From Eledone cirrhosa (lineage: Eukaryota), in NCBI GenBank assembly GCA_964016885.1, contig OZ024740.1:328786001-328850000 (forward strand): a stretch of 64,000 nt of DNA, given 5' to 3'. The notes beneath the pieces were generated by a model. It did not search any database, was not told where the DNA came from, and saw only the letters and a program-made list of their open reading frames with translations. This document shows positions 1 through 14,919 of this stretch, piece after piece (position 1 is the first letter of the stretch; each line of letters starts with the position of its first letter). A program made the position numbers and the translations under genes.

Positions 1-1204
1 ACAAAAATTCAAAATGGCACGACAACCTCCTCAGGCTAGTAGCTTACATATAAAATGTCCATCACATGCTACTATGAGATTATGAATATTGACATTTGTT
101 TTACATTAGCATAAAACTATATATTTTAGGGTAAGGTATAGTCGATTAAATAAACCTTAATACATCCTTAGTATTTATTGTGTCGGTATTGAAGAGATAG
201 AGAACAAATATGCCTCTGCTGAATATAATTGAAAGCATAGAAAGATGAAACCAAAACTGTTAGACGTTTTAATCTGGCAATCTAAGTTCCCGTCACCTCA
301 ACACTCTTCATTAACAATGGACAAAAACATCTGCATGATTTACTTACTACTTTAGTAAAGTTGGATCGGAATATATATTTACTTGTCTGTAATAGAGTAC
401 ATTGCATGGTGCTTTGTTACCTAGTCGGTCGCAGTGAAAGAGCTACAGGACTTACACAAACAATACACTTGAGAAATGAAGAAATGTCACAATGTCATTC
501 ACATATTAATAAATATGAAGGGGCATGCTTAAATAAGAAATTATGATGTTTTCTGGTTTATGATATTTTGATGTAGACACACCAGCACATGTTTGAGTAA
601 AGAATTTAGTCAGTTTACTTTATTTCAGTATCTGGCTGCTATTTATTTTATCGATCATGGAGAGCTGAAACACAAATTTGAATGCGGTTGGATTTGAATT
701 CAGAAACTGAAGAGATATAACAAAATATTATAAGACTTTCTGTACATCTTTTTCCTGATATTTTCACTTTCGTAAATTTCATATTGGCATACGAATGACA
801 ATTGTCTCAATTCTATAGCATTTGTTACTGGGTGGTGGTGGTGTAAATGAGATTCTATATTCAGGAATCAGAATCATGTAATACAAAGATTTCTAATTTA
901 GGCACAATAGGCAGCGAATTGGCAGAGTAGATTGAACCTCGGATAACATGCTTTTCGGTATACGTTCCAGCTTTCTGCGCTCTGTGTTCAAATCTTGCCA
1001 AATATTTTCATCTTTTCGAGGTCGTTCATAAAGATCCAGTTTAGTATTGGCCTGATTATTTCACTATGTCTCTTTCTAAATTTCCTCACCCTCTAGTTTT
1101 CAGACTTATAGAGTGATGTTCTCCACCATGTTTAAAGTGCCCAAGAAACGACGCATGCTACTACAGCACCCATATGATTTCACCAGGAGTTACGGTCAGA
1201 AAGT

Positions 1205-1415
1205 AGAACTTAGGTACAAAGTAACAATTTATGGTGATTAAAAGGTCGATTAAGTAAACCGTTGTAATTGACTGGTACACATTTTATGGACCCTGGAATG
1301 ATGAAAGGCAAAATTACCTACGGTGGGATTTGAACAGAAAACTGAAAGAACCGTAATTAAATACCGTAAGCCAGTTTGTCCAACACTCTATCAATTCTGC
1401 CTATTCAGCACCTTA
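1205..1415 (-). mobile_element. Old, diverged copy of the tRNA-type SINE family abundant in this window
   Basis: Contains atgaaaggcaaaattacctacggtgggatttgaac, the reverse complement of the B-box (gttcaaatccc) plus central domain seen in younger copies; boundaries approximate. Confidence 0.6.
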
Positions 1416-4400
1416 GAACCATGTAATATAATTCTATCAAAATAAAGTAGTCAAAATGACCTTTACAATTGAACCTGTTTTCGCTGTCAAACAATTTAAT
1501 GTCTGACATCATCACCCTCATTCTAACCACTACATTCAGCTGCGAAGATTCATTAGCTAAATAAATAAATACAAAAAGAAACAGAATCTAAAAAGATAAG
1601 AACAAATTAATTCAATATCAAGAAATTTCTCAAATGTTTGATCTATTTTCTGAAAAAAAAAAAAAAAAAGGCTCACGTTATTTAATTATCCTTTGCTTTT
1701 CTCATCTTGCCGGTTTTTCAAACATAACCATATTGAAAGTAATAAAGAATTCTTTGTTGAAGTTTATCCAATTTTCGTACTTTATCAACTATAAAGATTG
1801 TTTTCTCTTAGCAAACTATTCAATCTATTTTCTATCTGCAGGTTGTTGAAGGTTCAGGTTTTTACATTAGGCACTTACACTCATTTATCATTAATACTAA
1901 TAATATTTCCTATAAACGAATTTGGAACTTCAATATATAATGTTGTCTCATGTCTGTAGGTGATTGGATTTTCGAATTTGTTTGGTCAGTTTATATCTAA
2001 ATATTAAAACATACATTATTACCAATCACCATTTGTCATCTTTCTATTTTCGTGTGCAGTTTTGTGTTATGAGCATTCATATTTGGTTCACACGGTCATT
2101 AGATTATTCTGATCTGTAGTGTCTCATAACCTTAACACACATTTCAATTACCATGCTTCATATGAACTATTCTGTTGTGAACTTCTCCACTTCAAGTCAT
2201 CTGTCATTCTTCAGAAGCAGATTATGGCGGATTTCTTTCTTTGAAAGTGGCATTTCAACCGAACTATGCCACATCTTCCAATATTCATCAAGAGATTAAA
2301 AAAAATAAGAATAGAATAATAGAAAACACACACATACACACAAACGCATCGAGCAACGTAAAAGGATGTTTCTTTATTGATAAACAATACTAAAAAATTA
2401 AAGCATTAGTCAAAAAGGAAAAAAGAAAGAAAAAGAAAGACTGAAAGAAAGGAAGAAATAATGGAAAAAAAAAGAAGGGAGATAACGGGATTATGTAATT
2501 ATTGTTTCCAAACAACATGTTCCGATACAATAATTAATAAATTATGTAAAAACTCGTTTACAGTTGATATCAAATTTCTTTTTCATTGTGTGTGGCATGA
2601 AATTAGATGAACAAGAATATTGGGAGACAGATCAATTGTTTAGCTATTGCTTTGGCAGGGTTTGAACAATGGCCAATCTGAAATTGGTTGGCAGTGCGTG
2701 GTTTCTTTTAATGTTGGAGTGACAGGGGAACTGCCAGTAAAGAATCTTCTACGTGTAGGCTGCCTTACGGCACAATTCTTTTATTCATCGTAAATCACCT
2801 TTCACTTTTCTTTACTATGGCTCTTCTATAAAGCAATGAAGTAGCTACTTGCTGTCAAATCATGGATCTTAAACTAAATTAAAGTAACAGGCATTTTGTC
2901 TTTGAACCATTGTTCAGCTATTGAAATGGTTAACAATAATGAAGTGTGACAGGATAGGATATCCGAGCTGCATCGTAACTATAAAACATTCAATGGCAGT
3001 TGACCAATCGTTAGTTTGTTGGTGACTGTAGTCTATGCAGTTCATATCGTGCTATTGCTGAAACACTGTGTCTTGATAAAATCAGTTATCAACTTCCACA
3101 CATTTTTATATTGATTTCCGCCCAAAGGTAGCTAGTATGACACTATGATTTAGAAGCAGTTAAAAGTGAATTAGATAACTTAGGGCTGAAATATTTAATG
3201 CAGAAAAAGAGCAAACCCGAATAGCATATATGGTGAGAGGAAAAACAACATTAGTAATTGACTGATATTGTTTTGCGTTTTTCAACAATTACGATCGAAC
3301 TCAGGACAGGTTTCGATCATATTCCTCTTCAGCGAGTTACAGTGTTTTTCATGCCTTCCGAAATAGTGACGAAAGAATCATTAAGTAGATGTACAGAACT
3401 ATATGTTGGTTGGTGTAGTAATACAAAAATATTCGGGGAACAATTACCCTTAAACATAAATAGCATTAACATGATTATAATCTATAACATTTGTATAAAG
3501 AGGTACCAAACTAAGAAATGGTGCCTAATTATTGTTTTGAACTAGCTGTATATTCTATGAGTATTCCACTATATGTTTGCATATGGAGAACAGACAAATA
3601 TCCGAATCCTTTCTACCACCTTCTCCTCCTTCTCCTTATCCCCATCTTCACCATCATCCGTATCTTTAACACCATCCCCACTTAGATAAACAGCATTCCA
3701 CTCACTCCATCTTCTTTCTAGCTGGTAGAGTACGATAAGAAAGATTTGACTGTTGGTTCTATCAGATCCAGACGGCACATAAAGGATCCCTTCTATGCTA
3801 GATATCTGTAGAACAATTTTGTCCATTTAAACGAAACATGTCGCTCCAGTCCTTTTTCTTTTTGAATAAAGGAGTTAAAGGAGGAATGGAGGAATCTAAT
3901 CACAGACCTGATAACTGTCCCAAATGCTTACAACAGAACACTGTAAAAGACAGTCATTGAACAAGATAAAAACTTGGATTTTCATAATTTAAAAGGCTCA
4001 TCATGGCGAATTTATCCCGGTTTCATGAGGCGTTTAACGGTTGGAGTAAAAATACTCTACCCTGATAGTGCTTTGCCTTTGGCTTAGTGAACTAGGGCAA
4101 CCTGAATGAAATACATTGGTCAACTAGATAACATGCCAGTCAGACTGGTAATTTAGATCATAACATCACCACCGTGAGGGCAAAATCTTAATATCTAGGT
4201 TATGCCCCTTTATGGAACATGTAGTTACATTAAACCAAATGACGAATCACGGATAAAGATTAGGAACAGAAATCCATATTTTCTAAGTGGAATAACTACA
4301 ACACACACAATGTTTCTTAATTGGTAAAATTCTAATCAAACGTAGATCTAGTTAGAGCAGTCCAGATTTCTGAATAAGTGTTGTTGTTGCAAGGCCCGAA

Positions 4401-4475
4401 TTCATTTCTGACCCTGCACACTTATGGTCAAAGTGTTCTAGTGTCATAATATATTATATTATTTTATGTTATATC

Positions 4476-4640
4476 GGTAGAGGGTCGGATGCCATGCTTT
4501 GCAGCAAAGAGTTACGGCCCTTTATGGTCTGAATTCAAATCCCGCCGAGGTTAACTTTGCCTTTCATCCTTACGGGGTCGATAAAATAAAGTACCAGTAA
4601 TGCATTGGTAATTGCTGGCCTTGTGCCAAAAGTAGAAACA
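4476..4640 (+). mobile_element. 5'-truncated tRNA-type SINE with 18-bp target-site duplication
   Basis: B-box-like gaattcaaatccc, central gcctttcatccttacggggtcgataaaataaagtacc, tail ggccttgtgccaaaagtagaaac; flanked by attattttatgttatatc at 4458-4475 and 4641-4658. Confidence 0.9.
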
Positions 4641-6098
4641 ATTATTTTATGTTATATCATATTATATTGTGTTATATTATATATTATATTATATTATATT
4701 ATATTATATTATGTTATATTATATCAGGCTACATTTAATAATGTATGCATAGATAATAATGTAAATACCTTGCTGTACATACATAATCTTTGTAGAGAGA
4801 AAAAAAGGGATTGGACGAACAAACTTTAAATCTGTAATAGGATTTCCCCAGCAAATGAGAACACACATTACCTGCACCAATAATTTATTAATCACATTAC
4901 CTGCCCCAAACGCGTTATATATAGAAAGTTTTCTATCTAATTTTCTGAAGCTTTGAGGAATATGGGTTTCCAAGCAATGCATCCATGAACATCCACCGGA
5001 AACATCATTTATTAGGTATAGCCAAACCTTTGTTCAATCACACAATGCCTTATTAAAAGATGATGATATCTAACAGTACCGCTTTTGGAGCATATATATA
5101 ATCAACAATATTTGTGCCACAAGTCCCCGTTTCTTGTCATGAAATTAGTGATGGAATGTGAATTTGAACTTAGAGTAGAAAAACCCGAAAGAGTTTTAGA
5201 AAAGCATCTCAGCTAACACTCTGAAAATCCCTGGTAACGTATTTATCGGCTCGGAAATTACAAAAAACACATGTAATGTCAGCAGAATTTGTACCCTGAG
5301 CAGAGATAAGCAAAACATATAGTGCATGGCATTACATTAGATAAACTAAAGACTTTACCAGTATGCTGCCATAAATTAACCTCAGTATTTGACCGCTACG
5401 TACACAGTTGACCAAATGCAAAGGAAAGAAACTAAATATCGCAAGACAATTTGTGTGGCATCATACTGCGTCTGCCATCCGACACAATTCATATATATCA
5501 AATTAATATGTTGAAAACATTGTTTGATATATTGATTTATTTTGAGAAGACATAATGTGAAGCCTTGGGGAGGTAGGGATAAAAAAATAGACATTAGAAG
5601 AATCAATAACAGTCTTTTATTGATATTTTTTATTCCATTGCCGAAAGATGAAATGCCAGTATTAAAATTTCTAACGTAAATAGACAAAATGAAATACTAA
5701 TCAGTATTTAGTTCGGCGCTCTACTGTTTCTGCCAACATAATGTCTGTGAATAAATTGTCAGGTCTATTGTAGAATATACGCTATAGAAATATGTTATTG
5801 TTTTTTTTTAAACATTCAAAAGAAGCTCAAAATATATTTTATGAAAAAGTAGCGTAGACTAAGCTGCAGAAGTTTTATAGGGAAAATATTTTCGTTTTGT
5901 AAATGTGTAATTCCAATGATCCACGTTAATCGATTGCACCGAGGCTCTAAGTACGCATGTATATTGGATTTAAAATAAACGTGGAATATATATGTATATA
6001 TTCATATATACATACGTACATTCACCCCCCGCCCCAACACATGCACATACATACATATATATATGTATTTTTTTTTTAAAATTAAAATAACAGATTAA

Positions 6099-6149
6099 AG
6101 TTTAAGCAAAGAATGGCTGCTTTCACCCTTAACGGGATCTTCTGAAACT
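6099..6149 (-). ncRNA. Variant type I hammerhead motif (CAGAAGA core) in a solo Penelope pseudo-LTR fragment
   Basis: Minus strand: agttt CAGAAGA tccc-gttaa-gggt GAA AGCA..TGCT T aaact; nearly identical to the pLTR of the Penelope element at 31084 and 33514/33622. Confidence 0.6.
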
Positions 6150-6167
6150 CTTCAAATTTATTATTAT

Positions 6168-6222
<55 letters not shown>

Positions 6223-6393
6223 AATAAGAATATTTATATTTATATATGTTTAATACAATTATAAATATGGAGGGTAGTACTAAGTACTAGCCGGTTACCG
6301 GTATGACACAAGGCTCAATGCAAATTTTCAAGTGTTTTACAGAGCCGAGATACAAAGTGTTAAAACAATCAAATTTGAATTTATTTTAGTTTA

Positions 6394-6395
<2 letters not shown>

Positions 6396-6486
<91 letters not shown>
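6396..6486. repeat. (TA)n microsatellite, representative of dozens in the window
   Basis: Direct reading; such tracts produce the YIYI ORFs in the track. Confidence 0.95.
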
Positions 6487-6488
<2 letters not shown>

Positions 6489-6622
6489 CAAAAGGGATAT
6501 TTAGTTTGTTGGTAATTCAACAAATATATATGTTTATAACTGATTCGAAGCACTCGACAGAATTTTCTGGAGTTTAATATTAATGATATTAAAAAAATAA
6601 ATAAATAAATAAATATATATAT

Positions 6623-6735
<113 letters not shown>

Positions 6736-7213
6736 TTGTGTGTGTGAGTATGAGTATAACGAATGAAAGTGGGCGTGTGCACGCGAAAAGGGCGTAGGTT
6801 ACCCGACATTGAAACAACGCCTTTCGCCATACACACAAACATCATGTAAATTTACGACATATATATATATATATATATATACATATATATTAATATGTAT
6901 TTATGCTAGAATAGAGCGCATATCACAAGATTTAAGGTGAATTTAATGTAAATATAACTACAGTTACAAGGCTAGCTATGACAAGCGGCAGGTGTAAACA
7001 CATCTCACTATTTCATCTAGATATTCCGTGTACAGAGGGAATTGTTAAAAGTGTTTACACTTTATCGTTTTGTTATCATAGCGAAGTTTTTAAATAAAAA
7101 AAAATGCAGTAATATCCACATTAATTTAACTTAACTTTGATCGTCCCCTATACATATAAATGCATACGTACATACAAACATATACCTACATACATACATA
7201 ATACATATATTGA

Positions 7214-7707
7214 CTAGCAGAAAACCACCCGGTGGGCGGTTTTCTGCTAGCAAATCTAGTGTATATACTGATATAGTTGAGATTTGGATGAGAAATGTTT
7301 TCGGCACCACATGTTCACCGTCTCTCGGTGTGTCTTTTATGCATGTATAAATATATATGTTATCTATACGGTGAAATCTTTGAAATAAATATATGTTAAA
7401 ACGAAAAAGGAGAAAAAGAGATTAGTGACGGAAATATAAACGTTATGATATAACGATGGAAATATATAAACGTTTACGATAAAACGATGGAAATAGAAAC
7501 GTTTATATATAATGATAAGCCGAAACACTAGTAAGCCGAAACACTCGTAAGTTGAAACACTCGTAAAGCGAAACGTATAAATAAAGATTTAATGAATTTG
7601 AAAAGCATAGAGATTTGAAACCGCGTCTATTTGTTTCCTTGGCATTTTTTACAGACGGACAGACAGACAAACAAACAGAGAAATGCCCATTATATATTAT
7701 AAGTAGA
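7214..7707 (-). mobile_element. Non-autonomous Helitron-like element
   Basis: Minus strand starts TCTACTTATAATATATAATGGGCATTTCTCTGTTTGTTTGTCTGTCTGTCC (5'-TC terminus plus CTGT microsatellite) and ends with a GC-rich hairpin and CTAG followed by T at 7214. Confidence 0.7.
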
Positions 7708-7959
7708 CTTGGCATGGTGTCAAGTCAGAACCGCCTCGAACTGGTTACTTCTGGCTTGTGCAAGGTGTCTCTATAGCAACCAGCGATTCCCTCGGCCTCA
7801 GTGACCAAAGTTAATGGAGAGGGGAAGGTAATGTTTCTATAGCGACAGTGTTTCTCTTGGTAGTACCAAAGTGGAGAAAAGAAGGGGAAGGTAATATTTC
7901 TGTAGCACCTACATTTGAGTTTTAGGGAAGGACAGACAGACAAACAGAGAAATGCCCAT

Positions 7960-8205
7960 ATATTTCTTTATGTATATATATATATATATATATATAATTA
8001 CACACGCAGAAATGTATATATATTTCTGTGTGTGTATATATATATATATATATATTACACACACAGAAATGTATATATATTTCTGTGTGTATATATATAT
8101 ATATATTTCTGTGTGTGTATATATATATATATTACACACAGAGAAATGTATATATATTTCTGTGTGTATATATATATATTACACACACAGAAATGTATAT
8201 ATATT

Positions 8206-8242
<37 letters not shown>

Positions 8243-8270
8243 CATACACAGAAATGTATATATATTTCTT
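7960..8270. repeat. Palindromic minisatellite (tacacacacagaaatgtatatatatttctgtgtgtgta-type units separated by TA runs)
   Basis: About six self-complementary units read directly; the same array resumes at 8855-9125. Confidence 0.85.
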
Positions 8271-8387
8271 AGAACAAAATTATTATTAATGTTTTGCTGT
8301 TCATAACAATTGGAATTGAAAAATTACTTTTGAAATTATTAGTTATTTTACTAATGCTTAGATATGTAAAAATGAAGCAATGTTTCT

Positions 8388-8581
8388 AATAATTGTTTCT
8401 ACTTTTGGCACAAGGCCAGCAATTCCCCAGTACATTACTGGTACTTTATTTTATCGACCGCGTGAGGATGAAAGGCAAAGTTAACCTTGGCGGTATTTGA
8501 ACTCAGACCGTAAAGGGACGTAACTCCATGCTATGAATCATGGTGTCCGACTCTCTACAGATTCTGCCAATCCACCGCCCT
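8388..8581 (-). mobile_element. Full-length tRNA-type SINE
   Basis: Reverse complement of head agggcggtggattggcagaat, B-box gagttcaaat, central domain and tail. Confidence 0.9.
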
Positions 8582-8854
8582 AATGTCTGTACGTAATGAA
8601 GGAGTGAGAGGGGAGAGAAAGAAAGGCAGAAGTGAAGTGACGAAGTCACTCTCTCCTCCTCCTCCTCCTCCTCCTCCTCCTCCTCCTCCTCCTCCTCCTC
8701 CATCTCCCCATTCGTCACAGCGATAGAGAGGAGGAATGTTAGTGTGTTACAAAGAGAAAGAGTGAGAGTGAGAGAAACAGACAGACTAAAAGAGAGGGAT
8801 AGCTGGAGAGAGAGAGAGAGAGATAGCAACAGATACAGTACAGTAGCTAAGGGA

Positions 8855-9305
8855 TGTATATATATTTCTGTGTGTATATATATATACATTTCTGTGTGTG
8901 TAATATATATATAAACAAATTCAGAAACGAAATATATATATATATATATATATATATTACACACACAGAAATGTATATATATTTCTGTGTGTATATATAT
9001 ATATATATATATATTACACACACAGAAATGTATATATATTTCTGTGTGTATATATATATATATTTCTGTGTGTGTATATATATATATATATTACACACAC
9101 ACAGAAATGTATATATGTTTCTGTAGCAGTCCTCAATTCCCCCTCCCTCCCTCCCGCTATCCCCCTCTTGTAGTCTGTCTCTTTCTTTCACTCTCACTCT
9201 CTCACTCTCTCTCTACGCGTGCGCAAAAAACATTCGCACGCGCGCACGTGTTTCCACTGTCGGACAGACAGACAGAGAAATTGCTGGTTATATATTATAA
9301 GGAGA
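8855..9305 (-). mobile_element. Second Helitron-like 5' terminus plus palindromic minisatellite
   Basis: Minus strand A|TCTCCTTATAATATATAACCAGCAATTTCTCTGTCTGTCTGTCCG at 9305, homologous to the 7707 terminus. Confidence 0.55.
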
Positions 9306-9467
9306 TACATAAATACATGCACACACACAAACACTCACACACATACATATATACTATATATTTAATTAAAATGATTATATATATACAAGAATAGAACAAT
9401 ATGGAAATAGATGAAAATTCAAAATTTGTTTTCTTCATGTCAGCAGAAAGTGTTCACACACACACAC

Positions 9468-9574
<107 letters not shown>

Positions 9575-10193
9575 TGTGTATATATGTGTGTGTGTCTGTG
9601 TGTATATATATATATATATATATGTATATTATATTTATGCATATATATATGTATGTGTGTATGTGTATGTGTGTATGTTTGTATGTATGTGTGTGGGTAT
9701 GTATATGTGCATGTAGTTAATAAGATTTGTTATATAAGAATAAAACAATGAGGAAATATAAGACAAAAATACATAGGTTTATCTCATCAGCTGAAATTGT
9801 TCGGCAAAAACTGCCACAAGGTGACATATATTTTATAGATAGTATAATATATAAAATCACTCTGTTTAGGCTAATTTCTTTGAATTCTTTCTTTGAGATC
9901 GCTACTGAATGCAACCAATTTCAATATATCAGAAGCTCTTGCTGAGGAGACATTTCAATACATCTTAATTTTTTAACGATAATTGTATTTCCTACTGGCA
10001 AATGTAGATGAATAGAAATATTTGAGATTATTCCTCCCTTAGCAACGATTTTAATTGTATTGAATGGAGAAAGTAATATGTCAGGAGAATCAGAGCATCT
10101 CAGTTTAATGTTAACGATCTCTAAACGTCATATATTCATTGTTTATTGAATTACAATGTAACCTGGCATAAATTGTGTATTGTTTAAAATAAT

Positions 10194-10387
10194 TGTTTCT
10201 ACTTTTGGCACGAGGCCAGCAATTACCCAGTGCATTACTGACACTTTATTTTATCGACCACGTAAGGATGAAAGGCAAAGTTAACCTCGACGGGATTTGA
10301 ACTCATACCGTAAAGGGACGTAACTATGCTGGAAAGCATGGCGTCCGACCCTCTACCGATAGTGCCAATTCACCGCCTTCCGCCGAC
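10194..10387 (-). mobile_element. Full-length tRNA-type SINE with 13-bp TSD
   Basis: Same family consensus; tgtttaaaataat at 10181-10193 and 10388-10400. Confidence 0.9.
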
Positions 10388-10659
10388 TGTTTAAAATAAT
10401 GATGTAATTTCGGAACACATAATGTAATCAACTCATACTTAGCTTAATGAAATCCACATGATTTGCTTTTATAAATTCAAACAATTCCATTCAACCCTCA
10501 TGCAGTTTAACGCCCCATATGATCTTTGCGGCCGTTTGGCATAATCCACTTCATTGCAAGAATTCAAACTAGACTTTTTGTCTGAGGATAACATAATACA
10601 TTGATGAATTGCTTTCTATTGAAATAAACTATTACTAACAGCTTCGTCCTACTTTTCCT

Positions 10660-11010
10660 GAGATGTGATACCCGAGCTCTCCGACAGGTTTGCCGTCGTG
10701 CCTTTGGCAGTGGAGAGTTCTGGTGTCCTTGGGCCTAGAGCTAACTCCCTACTCACGACCATAGACGCTGAGCTGGTCAGTACAGTTGTGAGCCTCACGA
10801 GTTGGAATGGCTCTTCCAGCGCATCTCCCTTACCATCCTCCGGGGGAAACGCCTTCTCCATTCTGTCCACCGGGGCTGTGGGGAGACCAGTACGTGGGAC
10901 CCCATTTGCTCACCATACAGAGAGATGGGGAGGGTGAGAGAGATGGAAGCGATGACAGTGGGAGTTCGGCTCTCCCACGTTCGGACTATATCCTTGTGGT
11001 TGTGTTCTTT
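10660..11010 (+). mobile_element. 3' end of a CRE-like non-LTR retrotransposon (end of restriction-like endonuclease plus 3' UTR)
   Basis: Frameshifted peptides FAVVPLAVESSGVLGPRA and WLFQRISLTILRG/GNAFSIL resemble the CRE-clade C-terminus (PLAxEx.G.G...QR.S..I.RGNA); second copy at 54046. Confidence 0.7.
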
Positions 11011-13079
11011 ATCTATAGAGTTCATTCTATTATTCAATTGCTGTTAGAGAAGTATTCTAATTAAATCTAAAGCCAGAAAGCAAATATTTTCACAAATATA
11101 CAAGGTAAAAAATAAGTCTATGATACACTGTGGAACATAATAGAGAGACCATTTTCTCTAAGGGCAGATGGGCTTTACTCACTTCATGTATAAATCGACA
11201 TGATAAATTGCTTTGTGGAATATAGGAAGAATATATTTTAGATAAAGACCGGACTGAAAATGAAAAATTTTGCGTTTGAATAGGTCTTTGAATTACCCCA
11301 GGAGTCCTCACATTCCTCTTATGTGGGCAGGACAAATCGTTTTGCTGGACACAATCTTTCTCCCACACGAACTCTCGGTTATACTGAGAAAGAGAATATA
11401 AAATGACACAATTAGGGATCAAAATTCTGTCACTGATTCGACTGATTGGGAACATACCAACACTGTATAGTACCCGGAAGACACTTTGTATTTGTTCGAA
11501 CTGCAAAAATAGTAGGCTAATCTTCCTCACATCTTAAACAGTACGCATCAAGAAAATGTGATCTTGTATATACTGCATCTGAAATAAAAATCGAGATGGT
11601 TGCAGCTGGCATGCGTTTTGATTATAGATCTTAATCAGAGCTGGACTGCGGTTAAACATCAGCAGGTGATAAAAATATACTGCATGGAATATTTGCTAAA
11701 GAAAAAAAAAAAATAAAAGACAAGCTTTCTTCTCTACAAAATGCATTTCGATATTTCAGCGCCAATATGAAATAGTAGATTATCATTTTTAAAACATTTA
11801 TTCATATTTGAAACCGAAGCTTGCCACACTTAGTTTTCATTATTTAATTTGCTGTTTATATTTCTTTGTAGAGTAGCTCAAGATAAATATAGTTGTGGTT
11901 ATTTACTAGCGTTTTATTTCACCTTAAGTACACATTATCAAATGCTACTCCATATAAATTGTGTATAGGAGTGTAAGACGTACTTTTTGTTTGTTTGAAA
12001 GACGAACAAATAGCTTCTATTTGATACACACAGAAAACAGTACATGTACTAGATAGTGACGAAGAAAAGAGACAGCTGAAGGAGATTATAAAGGGAAGCT
12101 TAGTAAACCTTGCAAATGAGATAAAATACAAATACATTAATCCCAACAGATTTAGTTATTTCAAAGAAAACTCAATAATTCAATAATTTATCAGTTCTGT
12201 CTTCAAAAGAGAAAAACCAGTTTTGAAAATGAAGACAAAGTTAAATAAAAGATTAATTCTTTTCATACGATATTTCAACATTTATTCTTTCTTTTCTACA
12301 TCATATTCTTAATTTTTACAATTGTTATCTTAACGCAGTAATTCTCAAACAGGGAGTAAATTTACTCCGTGAGTGAAGTGAGATGTGCAAACATTTACAT
12401 GGCAGAAGGTATGCATATCATACCTGGGAATTAACTATTAATTGTGTAATAAACTACATTTCGTATACCTATTATAGAAAAACATATGACTGACATTATC
12501 ATAGATCCCCATTGAGGCGACTGGCATTGGTGAATGCACACCTCCTTTAACGAAGGACGGAGATGATAAATTATCTTGGGTTCCCTACCTAAAAACACTT
12601 TATTTTTCAAGTATAACTGTTTTATGAATTCAAGCATAATTCAGTGTCATAAATATAAGAATTTATGTTCATTTCCCACTCCAGGCTAAGAGAGTTTCCT
12701 TATTTTAATTTTGCCCAGGCATAATGTTTCTAAATAAACAACAACCGTTATTGAATAATCTATAAGATGTAGTTTTAGAATATTTTATAAATTTCACATC
12801 GTTGTTTGCCTAATGGTAGAAAGTGGATGACGAAACCGTGATAAAGTTTGATGTTTACTATAAGTTTTGTTTAGCCTATATCTTTACTTTTTATTTTCCT
12901 TATAAACGGAGAGGAGGCAAAATAATTGATATTTCAACTTAGCCATTACAAATAAATCCATGCGTCAATCAAATATCAAGGATTACGTTTAGTTCCTTAT
13001 GATTTGTATATATTACTTGCAACACAACAATGCAGATTCACTTATATTTTTATTCAAACAACATTCTTAATTCTAACTC

Positions 13080-13200
13080 AATGATGATGGTGATAATCAT
13101 AATGGTAGTGATGGTGGCGATGATGATGATGATGACGACTATGACGCTGATTCTGACGATGATAATGACGGCGACGATGATGACGATGATGATGGTGATC
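13080..13200. repeat. Imperfect (GAT)n trinucleotide repeat
   Basis: Direct reading. Confidence 0.9.
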
Positions 13201-14028
13201 ATAACTTTTTATCTTTTGAAATTTGATTCGTGCTATAACGATTATTTGAACAACTTCAGACAAAATTAATAACGGAGTTATAATTTTGATGTGAGACAGC
13301 AACACATAATAAATTGACACACAGATTCTCGAATTCTATGCAAAATTACTTAAAACATTTATTTTCATTTCATTTCTCTCACTTAATTTCTATCTTCTTT
13401 TGTCTCGTCTTACTCATATTTCTTTGATCTTCAGTTTTTATTCACAAACAATTAATCTTATTTGATTACTGAGGATTATTTTCCAAGGTAAAATTATTTG
13501 AATTATAATTAATATTTTATACGATATTAATAATTTCTTACATTTATAAATATATGAACGAATTTATTATAAATCTAATCGCAGACTTCAAAGGAAAAAA
13601 AAGAAGCCATTTTTCAAAAATTCGCCCACACCAGGAGAGCACTAACATTGTCAAATATATAAATATAATGCTATAGATAACACTGTCATATTAAAAATAA
13701 CACTTCATAATTTATCATAACTATATTAAATTACTGGTTAATAACTGCGATAATCGGACAGGCGAATTTGCAGATTTAAACGAATTTAATTACGTTTTTT
13801 TCTTTTAAAAACATTTAGCGGAGTTAAAAGTCACACTCACTTTATATAGCTTTTATAATTTCCATTCGGTGAAATTGAAAAAAAAATCATATTTATTTAT
13901 TAGAAATTATTTTTAGTTTATCTGATATTAATTTCATAATTTATATATATGATCTTCCAATTCAATTAAAATAAATTGGATGATCGACAAAATAATGTAT
14001 GAATAACAATAGACAAAAGGTAAAAAAA

Positions 14029-14128
<100 letters not shown>

Positions 14129-14919
14129 GAAAGTCTCTCAATACGATGATATAGAAAAAGACGGTAAAAAGTTTAGTTTCTGAAGAGTCTGGAACATAAA
14201 AAAGAATATAGCAATTTTGCTATGTCCATCACTGAAATTTTCACGTGTATTTTTTTCTTTTTTATTGACGTTACACTGACATATTCAGGCCTAATCAATG
14301 TGCTTGTCTGTTTTTCTCTGTCTATTTCTATGTAATTCTATGTGTTTTTATCATGTCTAAAATTGTACATGTTTGAATTGACGTAAACAATATATCTGAC
14401 TTCACTGTCGAAGATGGCCTGAAGAAGCTTCAGTGTCTGCTGTATTCGAAAATTCTTTGAAATAGCTAATTTAAAGCTTCAGTATTAAAACAGCACACGG
14501 AAGCGATATATCCTGTCAATGCACCTGATGACTTCACTACATTTGAAGCAAGGTGAGGTAGGTTATGGATGCAGGAACACTGTTCAATCACATCTTCGAA
14601 TGTCGTATTTAAAATAAAAATAAAGATCCTTGCCGCTTCCTACCACATAGTAATGCAATTAGAAAAAAATAGTGAAATGTCCGAACATTGCTTTAATATA
14701 GTTGAATATCAATTAGTAGGGGCACAAACACACCATGATACAGATATTATGCGTGTATGGAAGCATAATAAACATATATGTCTCGCGTAGGTAGCTTAAG
14801 CAGTGACCATGTCACGACTATCTTAGAAACAATGTAATATATACTCTACTGCGGCAGATATGCTGATAGCTGAGGAAATGTTTTACAAATAATACATTTA
14901 CAGAGATGCTCATTGCATA

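Noticed and set aside
3569-3826. 85-aa ORF with an acidic stretch
   Set aside because: Short, no recognisable motif; probably old repeat sequence
14420-14560. CTGAAGA and CTGATGA heptamers
   Set aside because: No properly placed GAAA with stems I and III
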